This document shows, one piece after another, positions 18,816 through 28,494 of a stretch of DNA of 58,828 nucleotides; position 1 is the stretch's first letter; each line of letters starts with the position of its first letter. Below the pieces are notes generated by a model. The model saw nothing but the letters and a program-made list of their open reading frames with translations, had not been told where the DNA came from and searched no databases. Both the position numbers and the translations under genes were made by a program. Source of the DNA: Desulfuromonas sp. (GTDB lineage Bacteria > Desulfobacterota > Desulfuromonadia > Desulfuromonadales > BM515); NCBI GenBank assembly GCA_002869635.1, contig PKUF01000106.1:1-58828 (forward strand). The letters run 5' to 3'.

Positions 18816-18857
18816 AAAAAGGGAGCCCCAGCGCCGTGGCGTTAAGGCTCCCTTTTT
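18816..18857. terminator. Bidirectional terminator between the AlgJ-like gene and rsgA
   Basis: AAAAAGGGAGCC..GGCTCCCTTTTT is a 12-nt perfect complement with A/T runs on both sides. Confidence 0.8.
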
Positions 18858-18892
18858 AAGGCGTCACTCAAATGACGGGAATCTCCTTCTGA

Positions 18893-19954
18893 TCAACTGT
18901 CACGTTCCTTGCGCCTTCTCTTTACTTCATGGCGTACCAGCTTACTGAAGTTCCGCTCGCGCCGCCGCTTTTGGGCCAATGATTCACGGTTCCGTTCCTG
19001 CTCAGCCTGAAGCTTCTGGTAATTACCGAAGCGGCGCGAGTCAAGTTCGCCCACCGCCAGAGCCGCCTTGACGGCACACCCCTCTTCCTGCTCGTGCCGA
19101 CAGTCGCTGAAGCGACAGGAGCGGGCCAGTTGTTCGATCTCATCAAAGAGGCTTGCAACCCCGTCCTGACATTCCGTCAGTGCCAGCTCACGCAATCCCG
19201 GCGTATCAATAACAATACCGCCGGCAGGGAGGAGATAAAGCGTCCGGGCGGTCGTGGTATGGCGGCCCCGATCATCTGTCGCCCGAATCTCCCCGGTCTC
19301 AGGGAGCCCCCCCCCAAGGGTACGGATCAGGGTTGACTTACCGACACCGGATGAACCGACCAAGGCGACGCTTTGACCACAACGGCACCACGGTTCCAGC
19401 TGCGCTACGCTTGTCGCATCTAGAGCATTGAGCGCCACCACCTCTAGCCCAGGGTGAAGCTGACGCGCCTGCTCCACAAACGAATTGACCGAATCGGCGA
19501 GATCACTTTTGCCGATCACCACCACCGGCTCAACCCGCGCCTCCAGTGCAAGGGCAAGGTAACGTTCGAGACGAGAGAGCTTGAACTCCTGATTGCAGGA
19601 GGTCACGATCAGCAAGGTGTCGATATTGGCCGCGAGAAGTTGAATACCCGAAGGCGATCCGGCGGCATGACGACGAAAAAGGCTGTGGCGTTCAAGGCGC
19701 CGCACAACGCGACAGCCTGACCTGTCGAGCAAAAGCCAATCGCCGACCGTGGGAAGACCTTCTCCCGCACCGAGATACCACTGCCCCGGTAGAGGGAGGG
19801 TCACTCTCCCCTCGACCGTCAGCAGATCGGCAAGGTGGCGGTGAACAGAAATGACACGGGCCGGAAGGCACATCTCCCATTCGTCAAGAGAGAGTTGTTG
19901 CTGGAAAAAATGACTCCATCCCAGAGCGGGAAGAGTGGTGATCAATTTGGACAT
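18893..19954 (-). CDS. rsgA: Ribosome small-subunit-dependent GTPase A
   Basis: Circularly permuted GTPase: ..VVIGKSDL.. precedes GSSGVGKSTLI. C-terminal zinc knuckle CRFSDCRHEQEEGCAV. GAAGGGGG precedes the ATG at 19954. Confidence 0.9.
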   Translation of the reverse strand: MSKLITTLPALGWSHFFQQQLSLDEWEMCLPARVISVHRHLADLLTVEGRVTLPLPGQWYLGAGEGLPTVGDWLLLDRSGCRVVRRLERHSLFRRHAAGSPSGIQLLAANIDTLLIVTSCNQEFKLSRLERYLALALEARVEPVVVIGKSDLADSVNSFVEQARQLHPGLEVVALNALDATSVAQLEPWCRCGQSVALVGSSGVGKSTLIRTLGGGLPETGEIRATDDRGRHTTTARTLYLLPAGGIVIDTPGLRELALTECQDGVASLFDEIEQLARSCRFSDCRHEQEEGCAVKAALAVGELDSRRFGNYQKLQAEQERNRESLAQKRRRERNFSKLVRHEVKRRRKERDS

Positions 19955-20229
19955 AGAAACCCCCTTCGGTTGGGACAACCGAAATTTCGGGTGACAGCGA
20001 GCCGTAACCCGCCTCTAAGTTTCCTGCGTGAAGAAACCCGGCAAACCCGGGCCAGATGGGCGAATGAAACCTTACGACAACGCCCCACTGGCCATGCTGC
20101 CGCTCATCACAATCTCCAAAAAGACCTCCTTAGATGGTAGGTAAACTTATGCTAATCGACCCGCTTCTTGGTGTCAACAGAAGCGACCACGCTGGCGTCT
20201 CAAACATGTTTGATGGTAAGGTTGTGAGC

Positions 20230-20646
20230 ATGGAACCAAATACGACGGTTGCGTCTTCGAGGAAAGAGCAGGCCCCACCCCTGATCCGCCCTATTCTAAT
20301 CGGGATCGGCCTGCTCTCCACACTCCTCGCAATTCTCGGGATCTTCCTTCCCCTGTTACCGACAGTTCCCCTTCTGCTGCTCGCCACAGCCTGCTTTGCC
20401 CGCAGTTCAACGCGCTGCCACCGCTGGCTCCTTGAGCATCGCTATCTCGGCCCCCTGCTTCAGGGATATCTGCAAGGCAGGGGCATCCCACTAAGGGCAA
20501 AGATCAGCGCCATCGCTCTGCTCTGGAGTTCTATTCTGGTCTCCGTTTTTTTCGTGATTCCCTTACTCTCAATCAAGCTTCTATTAATCGGTATTGCCAC
20601 GGCTGTCACCGTCTATTTGCTACGCCTTCCCCTTCTGCGGTCCTAA
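20230..20646 (+). CDS. ybaN: DUF454 (YbaN-family) inner-membrane protein; start codon uncertain (the ORF is open from 20134)
   Basis: LLAILGIFLPLLPTVPLLLLATACFARSS.RCHRWLLEHRYLGP is the YbaN signature. Confidence 0.75.
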   Translation: MEPNTTVASSRKEQAPPLIRPILIGIGLLSTLLAILGIFLPLLPTVPLLLLATACFARSSTRCHRWLLEHRYLGPLLQGYLQGRGIPLRAKISAIALLWSSILVSVFFVIPLLSIKLLLIGIATAVTVYLLRLPLLRS

Positions 20647-20679
20647 ATCTGCCAAGGTCCAAGATACAGCGCGCTTCTA

Positions 20680-20919
20680 TCACACCACCTCTTCAAGTGC
20701 TTGGGCCAGCTGATCCGGACAGCTGGTGGCATTTCGGCAGACAATTCCTTTCAACTTGGCAATCGCTGACGCAACCGGCACATCCTCGAGCAAAGAGGCC
20801 ACCCCTTGTGTGTTTCCTGCACAGCCGCCAACAAAATCAACCTTGACAATTTTTCCATCTGCAATCTCTAGATCGATAAAACGTGCACATGTTCCTTTTG
20901 TTTTGAATCTCGTCTTCAT
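20680..20919 (-). CDS. TSCPD-domain small protein (TIGR03905-like)
   Basis: MKTRFKTKGTCARFIDLEIADGKIVKVDFVGGCAGNTQGVASLLEDVP... AGGAGA precedes the ATG at 20919. The longer ORF to 21081 is unlikely. Confidence 0.75.
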   Translation of the reverse strand: MKTRFKTKGTCARFIDLEIADGKIVKVDFVGGCAGNTQGVASLLEDVPVASAIAKLKGIVCRNATSCPDQLAQALEEVV

Positions 20920-21316
20920 GGTTCTCCTGTTTTTCATGGGATGATTGACCGACAAGTAAATACCCCCACCCTCCATCCTTGTCAACCACCTACTCACAGC
21001 AATAGATGACCGGAAAAATATCCTTTCAGTTCCCACACAAGCGCCGCAAAAACACCACACACACCCAGCAATCCCACACATTTCGATACAAAAATTGATT
21101 AGCCGGCCCCAACCATTCCCATAAAAACAGTCATTAGGCCAGAATAATCTACTTTACAATTAAGGTGTTATATCCACCCCTTGGGACAACACAAAAGCTG
21201 TTGGCATTATCTTTTCAGAGACCCTCCCCTTTAAACCCCACCCCAATACAGGTATTTCAAATAGCCCTAGGTCGCGCAACGTGCCTAGAGAACCACATGC
21301 TGACACGGAGGGAAAA

Positions 21317-23077
21317 ATGAAAATTTTCACAAAACTGACCAGCGCCTTCGGCCTGGTAGCACTGATCTGCGCCATCGTCGGCACCATCGGCTGGTATGGC
21401 ATTGAGCAGGTTGAGGAGAGTCTGATCGATGTTTCCGACACTCATCTGATGGCGACCAAAGGTCTCGGCCTGGTGATGGAAGGGATGAACGCTATCAAAT
21501 CGGCAGAGCGGACCATGGTCAACCCCACGTTGTCACACAGTGAGCGCGCGGCTGAACGGGAAAAGCTCCAGGAGCGCTGGAGTGACTTCATGAAAGGCTG
21601 GAAGCTCTACGATGGCCTCTACAAAGAACCAGAAGAACAGAAACTATGGGAACTGGCGACGCAGATGCTCCCCCTTTGGCAGCAGGAACATGATCGTCTG
21701 ATGCAGGAACTGGCTCAGATTCCTGACGTGAAACTGGGAATTCGGCATGAGGGGAGCAACGAACAAAAAGCAATTGATCACCTTGAAAACGCCGGGCGCA
21801 TCGCTTTCGGCAGCGAACGACAGACGTTCGACGCCTTAATGCACAACCTCGACGAGCTCTTTGAGCTTGCCGATCATTTTGCCGACAACAGTACAGCCGC
21901 CGCCCTGGTCTCGGCCAAGACGATGAAGACAACCTCGCTCATTGCCGTCATTTCTGGCCTGATCTTCTCCATGATCTTCGGCTTCGGCATTGCCCGCAGC
22001 ATCTCGCGCCCCATGGAACAAGGGGTTCAGCTTGCCGAAGAGATCGCCAAGGGTGACTTCTCCCTCCGTCTCAACTCAACCCGCAGGGACGAAATCAGTC
22101 AACTCTCTCTGGCACTTGATGCCATGGCTGAAAGTCTGAAACGCCAAGCCGACCTTGCCGAAAAGATCAGCAAGGGCGACCTGACTGCTGAAGTGAGGCT
22201 TGCCTCGGAAAAGGATCAGCTCGGTCTGGCTCTTAAAAACATGTCGGATGTCCTTAACGATGTTATTCAACAGGTGAGTGCAGCCGGAGAAAATGTTGCC
22301 TCGGGAAGCATGGCCCTTTCGTCGGCAAGTCAGGAAATGTCGCAGGGAGCAACGGAGCAGGCAGCAAGTGCCGAGGAGGCTTCGAGCAGCATTGAAGAGA
22401 TGTCTGCCAATATCCGCCAAAATGCCGACAACGCCATGCAGACCGAAAAAATTGCAATTCAGGCCGCTGATGAAGCCGAGGAAGGGGGAGAGGCTGTCGA
22501 AAAGACCGTCGGTGCCATGAAGGAGATCGCCACCAAGATCACGATCATTGAGGAAATTGCTCGCCAAACCAACCTGCTGGCTCTCAACGCCGCGATTGAG
22601 GCCGCCCGTGCCGGGGAACATGGTAAAGGGTTCGCCGTCGTCGCCGCTGAAGTCCGTAAACTCGCCGAACGAAGCCAGGTCGCCGCCGGGGAGATCAATA
22701 AGCTCTCCATCAACAGCGTCACCATCGCTGAACGAGCTGGCGAGCTTCTCGACAATATCGTTCCGGGAATTCAGCGTACCGCCGAGTTGGTCCAGGAAAT
22801 CTCGGCCGCCAGCAAGGAGCAAGATGCCGGTACCGAGCAGATCGGTGCGGCGATTCAGCAACTCGACCGGGTGATCCAGCAAAACGCCAGCTCCACCGAA
22901 GAGATGGCGAGCACCGCCGAGGAACTCTCCGGCCAAAGTGAGCAGCTGCAGGAGATGATCGCCTTCTTTACCCTGCGAGAGAGAAAAACGTCTTTCACCG
23001 CATCCGTATCTCCGCAGCAGGCACCACAAAACCGCATCGCCCACACCAGCCCCCCCCCAACGACCCGAGACAGTTGA
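21317..23077 (+). CDS. Methyl-accepting chemotaxis protein (2 TM, HAMP, MA signalling domain). The 3' end is apparently frameshifted at a C9 tract.
   Basis: [21 protein letters not shown].. and a highly conserved hairpin tip, [41 protein letters not shown]. See finding at 23050-23162. Confidence 0.9.
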   Translation: MKIFTKLTSAFGLVALICAIVGTIGWYGIEQVEESLIDVSDTHLMATKGLGLVMEGMNAIKSAERTMVNPTLSHSERAAEREKLQERWSDFMKGWKLYDGLYKEPEEQKLWELATQMLPLWQQEHDRLMQELAQIPDVKLGIRHEGSNEQKAIDHLENAGRIAFGSERQTFDALMHNLDELFELADHFADNSTAAALVSAKTMKTTSLIAVISGLIFSMIFGFGIARSISRPMEQGVQLAEEIAKGDFSLRLNSTRRDEISQLSLALDAMAESLKRQADLAEKISKGDLTAEVRLASEKDQLGLALKNMSDVLNDVIQQVSAAGENVASGSMALSSASQEMSQGATEQAASAEEASSSIEEMSANIRQNADNAMQTEKIAIQAADEAEEGGEAVEKTVGAMKEIATKITIIEEIARQTNLLALNAAIEAARAGEHGKGFAVVAAEVRKLAERSQVAAGEINKLSINSVTIAERAGELLDNIVPGIQRTAELVQEISAASKEQDAGTEQIGAAIQQLDRVIQQNASSTEEMASTAEELSGQSEQLQEMIAFFTLRERKTSFTASVSPQQAPQNRIAHTSPPPTTRDS

Positions 23078-23162
23078 AAAAAGAGGACAAAAACCCTCGG
23101 GTGTCACCATCACCTTGACCGATGGGCACGATCCACTCGATGCCGATTTCGAGAAATTTTAA
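23050..23162 (+). other. Displaced MCP C-terminal tail in the +1 frame (..[36 protein letters not shown])
   Basis: A run of nine C lies at 23050-23058. The next frame is open to TAA 23160-23162 and ends in a pentapeptide-like DFEKF. Confidence 0.6.
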
Positions 23163-23179
23163 CCGCTCTTTTTTGCCAT

Positions 23180-23220
23180 AAAAAAACGCCTCTAGGAATC
23201 ATCCCGGAGGCGTTTTTTTA
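23180..23220. terminator. Bidirectional terminator between the MCP and the CheY-PilZ gene
   Basis: AAAAAAACGCCTC..GAGGCGTTTTTTT. Confidence 0.8.
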
Positions 23221-23244
23221 TGCTCGTTATCAGGGTTAAAACCG

Positions 23245-23949
23245 TTAACGTTTCCAGAGTCCTGAATGGAGAAAAGACTGTAAAACCTTCTCGTTCTCTA
23301 ACGACAAGAACTCAACTCCCATCCCCTGAGGGTGATCAGCATGGTCCGGCGACGGCACTTCATTAATCCAGGCAACTCGCCCCTGGCCCATCAGCGGACT
23401 GGCCTCTTCGGGCAGACTGAGTTTCAACTCCAGATCGAGACCGGGCTCAAGCGGAGTATCGGTCTCGACAAACATCCCCCCCATACTGACGTTGAATGTA
23501 TAGGCCGCTTTGACATTGGTAAAGAGCTTGTTGAAGTCATAGAAAACTTCCAGTTTCACCGGAATCCGCGGTGCCGAGCGTTTGTTTAGCATGATATGAA
23601 GCATGGTTTTGATCTGCGCTTCTTTTAACGGCTTACTAAGAAAGGTTGAGACCCCCATTTTCTTCGCCCGCGCAATCTTTTCGTCGTTTTTCTCCCCTGA
23701 AATCATGACAATCGGCACAAAGCGACAGTTGGGGTAATGTCGGACTTCTTGGGCAAAGGCGATCCCATCCATCTCCGGCATATTCATATCGGTCATGATC
23801 AGATCAAAACGACACTCCGATGCCTTGGCCAAGGCATCACGACTGTTGTCACTCGCCTCGACATCATAGTCGAGATCGGTCAACAGGTCGCTGACAACCT
23901 TGAGCATGAAAGGCGAATCGTCGATCAACAAAATACGTTTTTTCATCAT
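23245..23949 (-). CDS. Response-regulator receiver fused to a PilZ c-di-GMP-binding domain
   Basis: REC: ILLIDDS..LIMTDMNMPEMDG..LSKPL. PilZ: RSAPR (RxxxR) followed by NVSMGG (D/N-x-S-x-x-G). Confidence 0.85.
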   Translation of the reverse strand: MMKKRILLIDDSPFMLKVVSDLLTDLDYDVEASDNSRDALAKASECRFDLIMTDMNMPEMDGIAFAQEVRHYPNCRFVPIVMISGEKNDEKIARAKKMGVSTFLSKPLKEAQIKTMLHIMLNKRSAPRIPVKLEVFYDFNKLFTNVKAAYTFNVSMGGMFVETDTPLEPGLDLELKLSLPEEASPLMGQGRVAWINEVPSPDHADHPQGMGVEFLSLENEKVLQSFLHSGLWKR

Positions 23950-24226
23950 CCGTGCATCCCCTCACCAAATTTCATGGCATAAAAAGACATCGTAACGTCT
24001 CCTAAAAAACCGGTTTCCCTTCGAAAGGCGACCATTAATCCTTCTCTTAAAACCCTGTTTTTATCGTCTAACAAGCACCCCGTCAACTCGCTTTTTTAAA
24101 AAACCGCATTTATTCACCCCTCCTTGTCTTGGATATCCGTACCTCAAAAACACTGTCCCCCCTTGTCGGTCCGAGCAAGCTGGGCTACTGTAAGTGACCC
24201 TTTGCTCTTCTATCCATTGAGGCTCC

Positions 24227-25996
24227 ATGCCCGAACTCGACCCCAATCTTTCAGTTTCTCTGACGACTCGACATGCGCTGGCCCTGCTGTCCCGTCTCGA
24301 TCCTAACGCAGAGCGCGAAGTGTTCTTGCTGGCAGCACTGTTGCTGACGCTGGCCGAACGGGGGGAGACCTCCCTCGACCTGGCTGAGGTGGCGGGAGAA
24401 GAGCTTGGCAGTTGGCTTGGGGGGGAGGCGATCGGCCTTCGCGCCCCCGATGTGACAAGGTGGGAAGAAGCGCTGACAAAATCGACACTGGTCGGCGACA
24501 GGGACGACTTCACCCCGCTATTACGCACCGGTGCCGGACGCTATGCCCTGCAACGCTGCTGGAAGCAGGAAATGAGCCTGGCTGATGCGCTGTTGGCCCG
24601 AGCACGTCATACGCCCTCTGTTACACCGGAGGCGCTGGCGGCGGGACTACAGCGCCACTTCCCCAAAGCCAAGAACGATCCGGGAGAGGCGGGACAGGAG
24701 CAGGCCGCCCAGAGAGCCGTAACACACGGAGTGGCAATTATCTCGGGGGGGCCGGGAACGGGAAAGACGGCGACGGTGGTACGGATACTCGCCCTGCTCC
24801 TTGAGTTGGGAGGCCCCGAACAGCGCATCGCCCTTGCGGCTCCTACCGGCAAAGCGGCGGCTCGTTTGCGCGAATCGATCGTCGCCGCCCGTCGGCATCT
24901 TCAGATCAGCAACGCGGTACGTCACGCCCTCCCCGATCAGGTGCAGACCCTGCATAGGCTGCTCGGGGCGGGGCGACTCCCCGGCCAGTTCCGTTATGGA
25001 TCAAGGGTGTCGCTGCCAGTCGATGTGGTGGTGGTCGATGAAGCGTCGATGGTCGACCTTGCCCTTTTTTCCCGCCTGCTGCAGGCACTGCCAGCAACGG
25101 CAAGGCTGATTCTCCTTGGTGATCGCGACCAGCTCGCTTCTGTCGAGGCCGGGGCGGTCCTCGGTGATCTCGCCGCTGTCGCGCAGCAGGGAGAAACGCG
25201 GCTTACCAACTGTTTCAGCCACTTACGGCATAGCTACCGTTTCGCCGCTGACAGCGGTATCGGCCGCCTCTGCCGTCAGATCAATGCGGGGGAGGACAAA
25301 GCGGCTCTGGCGACTCTGCAGCAAGACAGCGTGGGGCTTGCCTGGTCCGATCTTCCCGAGGTGTCAGCGTTGGCAGCCCCCCTTGCTGCTGCAACCCTCG
25401 CCGGGTACCGGTACTGGCTGACGGCGTCGACGCCACAGGAGGCGCTGGCGCGTTTCTGGTCGTTGATGATCCTCTGTGCCGTACGCAAAGGACCATACGG
25501 GGTGGAGAGGGTCAACACGCTGGTGGAGCAGCAGCTTGCTACGGCCGGACTCATCACTCCCCATACACTTTTTTACGCCGGGCGACCGGTGATGATTCGC
25601 CGCAACGCCCCCGAGCTTGATCTTTTCAACGGCGATATCGGTCTGATCCTCCCCGCCCCCGAAAATCCGGACCGACTGCGTGCCTTCTTCCCTGACAGCG
25701 AGGGTGGTGTGCGCAGTATCGCACCGGCGCGCCTGCCCGAACACGAGACGGTCTACGCCATGACCGTGCATAAGAGTCAGGGCTCCGAATTCGACCACAT
25801 CCTCCTTCTGCTACCGGAGACTGCCGGCGAACGGATTGGGCGCGAATTGCTCTACACGGCTGTCAGCCGTGGGCGCAAGGCGGTTACAATATGGGGGAAT
25901 AAAGGGAATTTTTGCACAGCTGTCGCCCGACGTCTGCAGCGGCGTTCGGGCTTGCAAGCGGCTCTTGCTCTTGCCGCCGCCGAAGAAAAAGAATAA
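24227..25996 (+). CDS. recD: Exodeoxyribonuclease V alpha subunit (RecD, SF1 helicase)
   Basis: Walker A ISGGPGTGKTATV, motif VVVDEASMVD, LILLGDRDQLASVEAG and AMTVHKSQGSEF. Confidence 0.9.
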   Translation: MPELDPNLSVSLTTRHALALLSRLDPNAEREVFLLAALLLTLAERGETSLDLAEVAGEELGSWLGGEAIGLRAPDVTRWEEALTKSTLVGDRDDFTPLLRTGAGRYALQRCWKQEMSLADALLARARHTPSVTPEALAAGLQRHFPKAKNDPGEAGQEQAAQRAVTHGVAIISGGPGTGKTATVVRILALLLELGGPEQRIALAAPTGKAAARLRESIVAARRHLQISNAVRHALPDQVQTLHRLLGAGRLPGQFRYGSRVSLPVDVVVVDEASMVDLALFSRLLQALPATARLILLGDRDQLASVEAGAVLGDLAAVAQQGETRLTNCFSHLRHSYRFAADSGIGRLCRQINAGEDKAALATLQQDSVGLAWSDLPEVSALAAPLAAATLAGYRYWLTASTPQEALARFWSLMILCAVRKGPYGVERVNTLVEQQLATAGLITPHTLFYAGRPVMIRRNAPELDLFNGDIGLILPAPENPDRLRAFFPDSEGGVRSIAPARLPEHETVYAMTVHKSQGSEFDHILLLLPETAGERIGRELLYTAVSRGRKAVTIWGNKGNFCTAVARRLQRRSGLQAALALAAAEEKE

Positions 25997-26022
25997 CGAT
26001 TCATCCCCCTCTTGCCGCAATG

Positions 26023-26068
26023 ACAACGCCCCCGCTTACCTATGTAAGCGGGGGCGTTGTCATTTTCA
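26023..26068. terminator. Strong bidirectional hairpin between recD and rarA
   Basis: AATGACAACGCCCCCGCTTAC-CTAT-GTAAGCGGGGGCGTTGTCATT is a 21-bp perfect stem. Confidence 0.8.
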
Positions 26069-27439
26069 GTTATCGGCAGGTAATTCGGGCTGAGAGGCAT
26101 TTTCCTCAATTTCCAGAGTCTCACCTGGAGGCGACGCCTGGCGTTTTTGTCGCTGTTGTTTCAACCAAGCAAGGCGCTCGCCAATGGTCTTCTCATAACC
26201 TCGGCTGGTCGGGCGATAAAAACGGCGACCGACCAACGCCTCGGGGAGGTGTTCCTGATCGGCGATGGCATCAGCATCATCGTGAGCGTAGCGGTAACCC
26301 TGATGGTAACCGAGTTCCTTCATCAGCTTGGTCGGGGCGTTGCGAATGTGCATCGGCACCGGCAGGGCGCCGCTCTTACGAACTTCGGATTGAGCTTCGT
26401 TGAGACCGACATAGCTGGCGTTGCTTTTGGGAGCCCCGGCGAGGTAGGTCACTCCCTGCGCCAGATTGATGCGGGCCTCGGGCAGACCGACGAAATGCAC
26501 CGCCTGTTGCACTGCCAAGGCGATCTGCAGGGCGCGGGGGTCGGCGTTTCCCACATCCTCTGAGGCGAAAATCACCATGCGGCGGACGATAAAGAGTGGA
26601 TCCTCCCCCGCCTCGAGCATCCGCGCCAGCCAGTAGAGAGCGGCGTCGGGGTCAGAGCCGCGCAGGCTCTTGATGAAAGCGGAGATGACATTATAGTGCT
26701 CCTCAGCCCCTTTGTCATAGAGTATCGCCTTACGTTGCAGCGCCTCCTGCACGCTCTCAAGGGTGAGATGGCGGTTGCTGGCCGCGGCAACCTCAAGGGT
26801 ATTCAGAGCGATACGGGCATCTCCTTGCGCCTGTTCGGCGAGGGTGTCAAGGGCGTCGTCTGTGGCATTGATCGCTTTTCCCCCTAAGCCTCGCGGGTCG
26901 CTTAAAGCCCGGTCAAGAAGCTGGCGGATCTGCTCCATCTCCAACGGTTGCAGGACAAAGACACGCGAGCGGGAGAGGAGCGCCGAGTTGACCTCAAAGG
27001 AGGGGTTCTCAGTGGTGGCACCGATGAGGGTCACCTCCCCCCGTTCGACGTAGGGGAGAAAGGCGTCCTGCTGCGCCTTGTTGAGGCGATGGATCTCGTC
27101 AACAAAGAGGAGAGTCTTGCGCCGGTGATAGCGCCGCTCATCCCGGGCGGCAGCAACGATCTCTCGGATCTCCTTGACCCCATTGAGCACCGCTGAGAAG
27201 AAGACAAAACGGCTTTCGGTCGCATGAGCAATGACCTGGGCGAGGGTCGTTTTACCGGTCCCCGGCGGCCCCCAGAAGATCGCCGAGGCGAGCTGATCGC
27301 TCTCAATAAGACGGCGCAGGATCTTCCCTTCACCGATAAGATGCTCCTGCCCCACCATCTCGTCAAGGCGGCTTGGGCGCAGGCGCTCGGCAAGCGGGGT
27401 TCCGGGGATGTTGTCCTGATCCTGATCGAAGAGATTCAT
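26066..27439 (-). CDS. rarA: Replication-associated recombination protein A (AAA+ ATPase)
   Basis: MNLFDQ..PLAERLRP..L.EMVGQEHL, Walker A GPPGTGKTT, and LFVDEIHRLNKAQQD. The start is set at MNLF. Confidence 0.9.
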   Translation of the reverse strand: MNLFDQDQDNIPGTPLAERLRPSRLDEMVGQEHLIGEGKILRRLIESDQLASAIFWGPPGTGKTTLAQVIAHATESRFVFFSAVLNGVKEIREIVAAARDERRYHRRKTLLFVDEIHRLNKAQQDAFLPYVERGEVTLIGATTENPSFEVNSALLSRSRVFVLQPLEMEQIRQLLDRALSDPRGLGGKAINATDDALDTLAEQAQGDARIALNTLEVAAASNRHLTLESVQEALQRKAILYDKGAEEHYNVISAFIKSLRGSDPDAALYWLARMLEAGEDPLFIVRRMVIFASEDVGNADPRALQIALAVQQAVHFVGLPEARINLAQGVTYLAGAPKSNASYVGLNEAQSEVRKSGALPVPMHIRNAPTKLMKELGYHQGYRYAHDDADAIADQEHLPEALVGRRFYRPTSRGYEKTIGERLAWLKQQRQKRQASPPGETLEIEENASQPELPADN

Positions 27440-27597
27440 CGTTCTGTTCCATGTCCGAAAGGTGATGAGGCTGATGACTTTAGCACAGCCACAATAAGGC
27501 GACAAGTGTCGGAAAAAGCAAGGGTTTGAAAGCGATGGACAGGGCAAAGCCGCTGTGGTACAACAGCAGCGTTACCGCCACGGGGGAGTTAACAGGT

Positions 27598-28452
27598 ATG
27601 AAGCGGGTCGGAATTTACGCAAAAAAACATCATCCGAATGCGGTCAGCTTCGGACGCGAGGTCATGGAGTGGCTCACCGGCCGCGGGGTCGAGGTTTTTC
27701 TTGAAGAGGATCTCGCCAGCGCCCTTGAGGCGACACGCCATTATGTCGACAACGACATTCCGGATCAGGCCGAGTTGATCGTCGTCCTTGGGGGCGACGG
27801 GACACTGATCTCGGTCGCTCGCCATGTCGGTCACCGCATGACTCCGATCCTCGGGGTCAACCTTGGGAGCCTCGGTTTTCTTACCGAGATCACCCGTGAG
27901 GAGACGTTCTCTACCCTCGAGCGGGTCTTCGCTGGCAACTACCAGACCTCGCGCCGTCTGATGCTCGAAGCGGTGGTACGACGGCAGGATGTCGAGATTG
28001 CCCGTTATTCAGTGCTTAACGATGCGGTCATCAATAAGGGGGCTCTGGCACGGATTATCGATATGGCGGCCTGGGTTGACGGCGCCTACCTGACAACATT
28101 CAAAGCCGACGGCCTGATCATCACCACCCCTACCGGCTCCACCGCCTACAATCTGGCGGCAGGCGGCCCGATCGTCCACCCCGACATTGACTGTATGGCG
28201 ATCACCCCGATCTGCCCTCATATGCTGACCAACCGCCCCCTGATTGTCGGCGGCTCTTCCGAGATCCGCATTGAAGTCAAATTTCAGGATGAGGATGTCG
28301 TCTTCACCGCCGATGGTCAGGTCGGAATGCCGTTACAGGGAGGGGATGTGGTCGAACTACGCAAAGCGCCCTGTGCCACCCTATTGATTCGCAGTCCAAG
28401 TAAAGATTACTATGAAGTTCTGCGCACCAAACTGCGCTGGGGCGAGCGATAG
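27598..28452 (+). CDS. nadK: NAD kinase
   Basis: VVLGGDGTLI, GVNLGSLGFLT and TPTGSTAYNLAAGGPIV. Confidence 0.9.
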   Translation: MKRVGIYAKKHHPNAVSFGREVMEWLTGRGVEVFLEEDLASALEATRHYVDNDIPDQAELIVVLGGDGTLISVARHVGHRMTPILGVNLGSLGFLTEITREETFSTLERVFAGNYQTSRRLMLEAVVRRQDVEIARYSVLNDAVINKGALARIIDMAAWVDGAYLTTFKADGLIITTPTGSTAYNLAAGGPIVHPDIDCMAITPICPHMLTNRPLIVGGSSEIRIEVKFQDEDVVFTADGQVGMPLQGGDVVELRKAPCATLLIRSPSKDYYEVLRTKLRWGER

Positions 28453-28494
28453 CCGCCCCCTTTCGTTTCCCTCCTCTAGCGTGAAGCGTCCTCC

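Noticed and set aside
19307-19315. A C9 homopolymer inside rsgA, checked as a possible second frameshift.
   Set aside because: The tract encodes GGG in frame (..TLGGGLPETGEI..), and the RsgA motifs continue on both sides, so there is no disruption.
21190-21220. TGGCAT-N5-TTTC upstream of the MCP, considered as a sigma-54 promoter.
   Set aside because: The -12 element lacks the GC dinucleotide, and no activator gene or UAS is nearby. It is too weak to call.
27557-27576. GGTACAACAGCAGCGTTACC upstream of nadK-recN, considered as a possible LexA box (the Geobacter-type motif is GGTT-N2-C-N4-G-N3-ACC).
   Set aside because: The spacing and internal positions do not fit the published 18-nt motif. 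Only the 4-bp GGTA/TACC ends are complementary.
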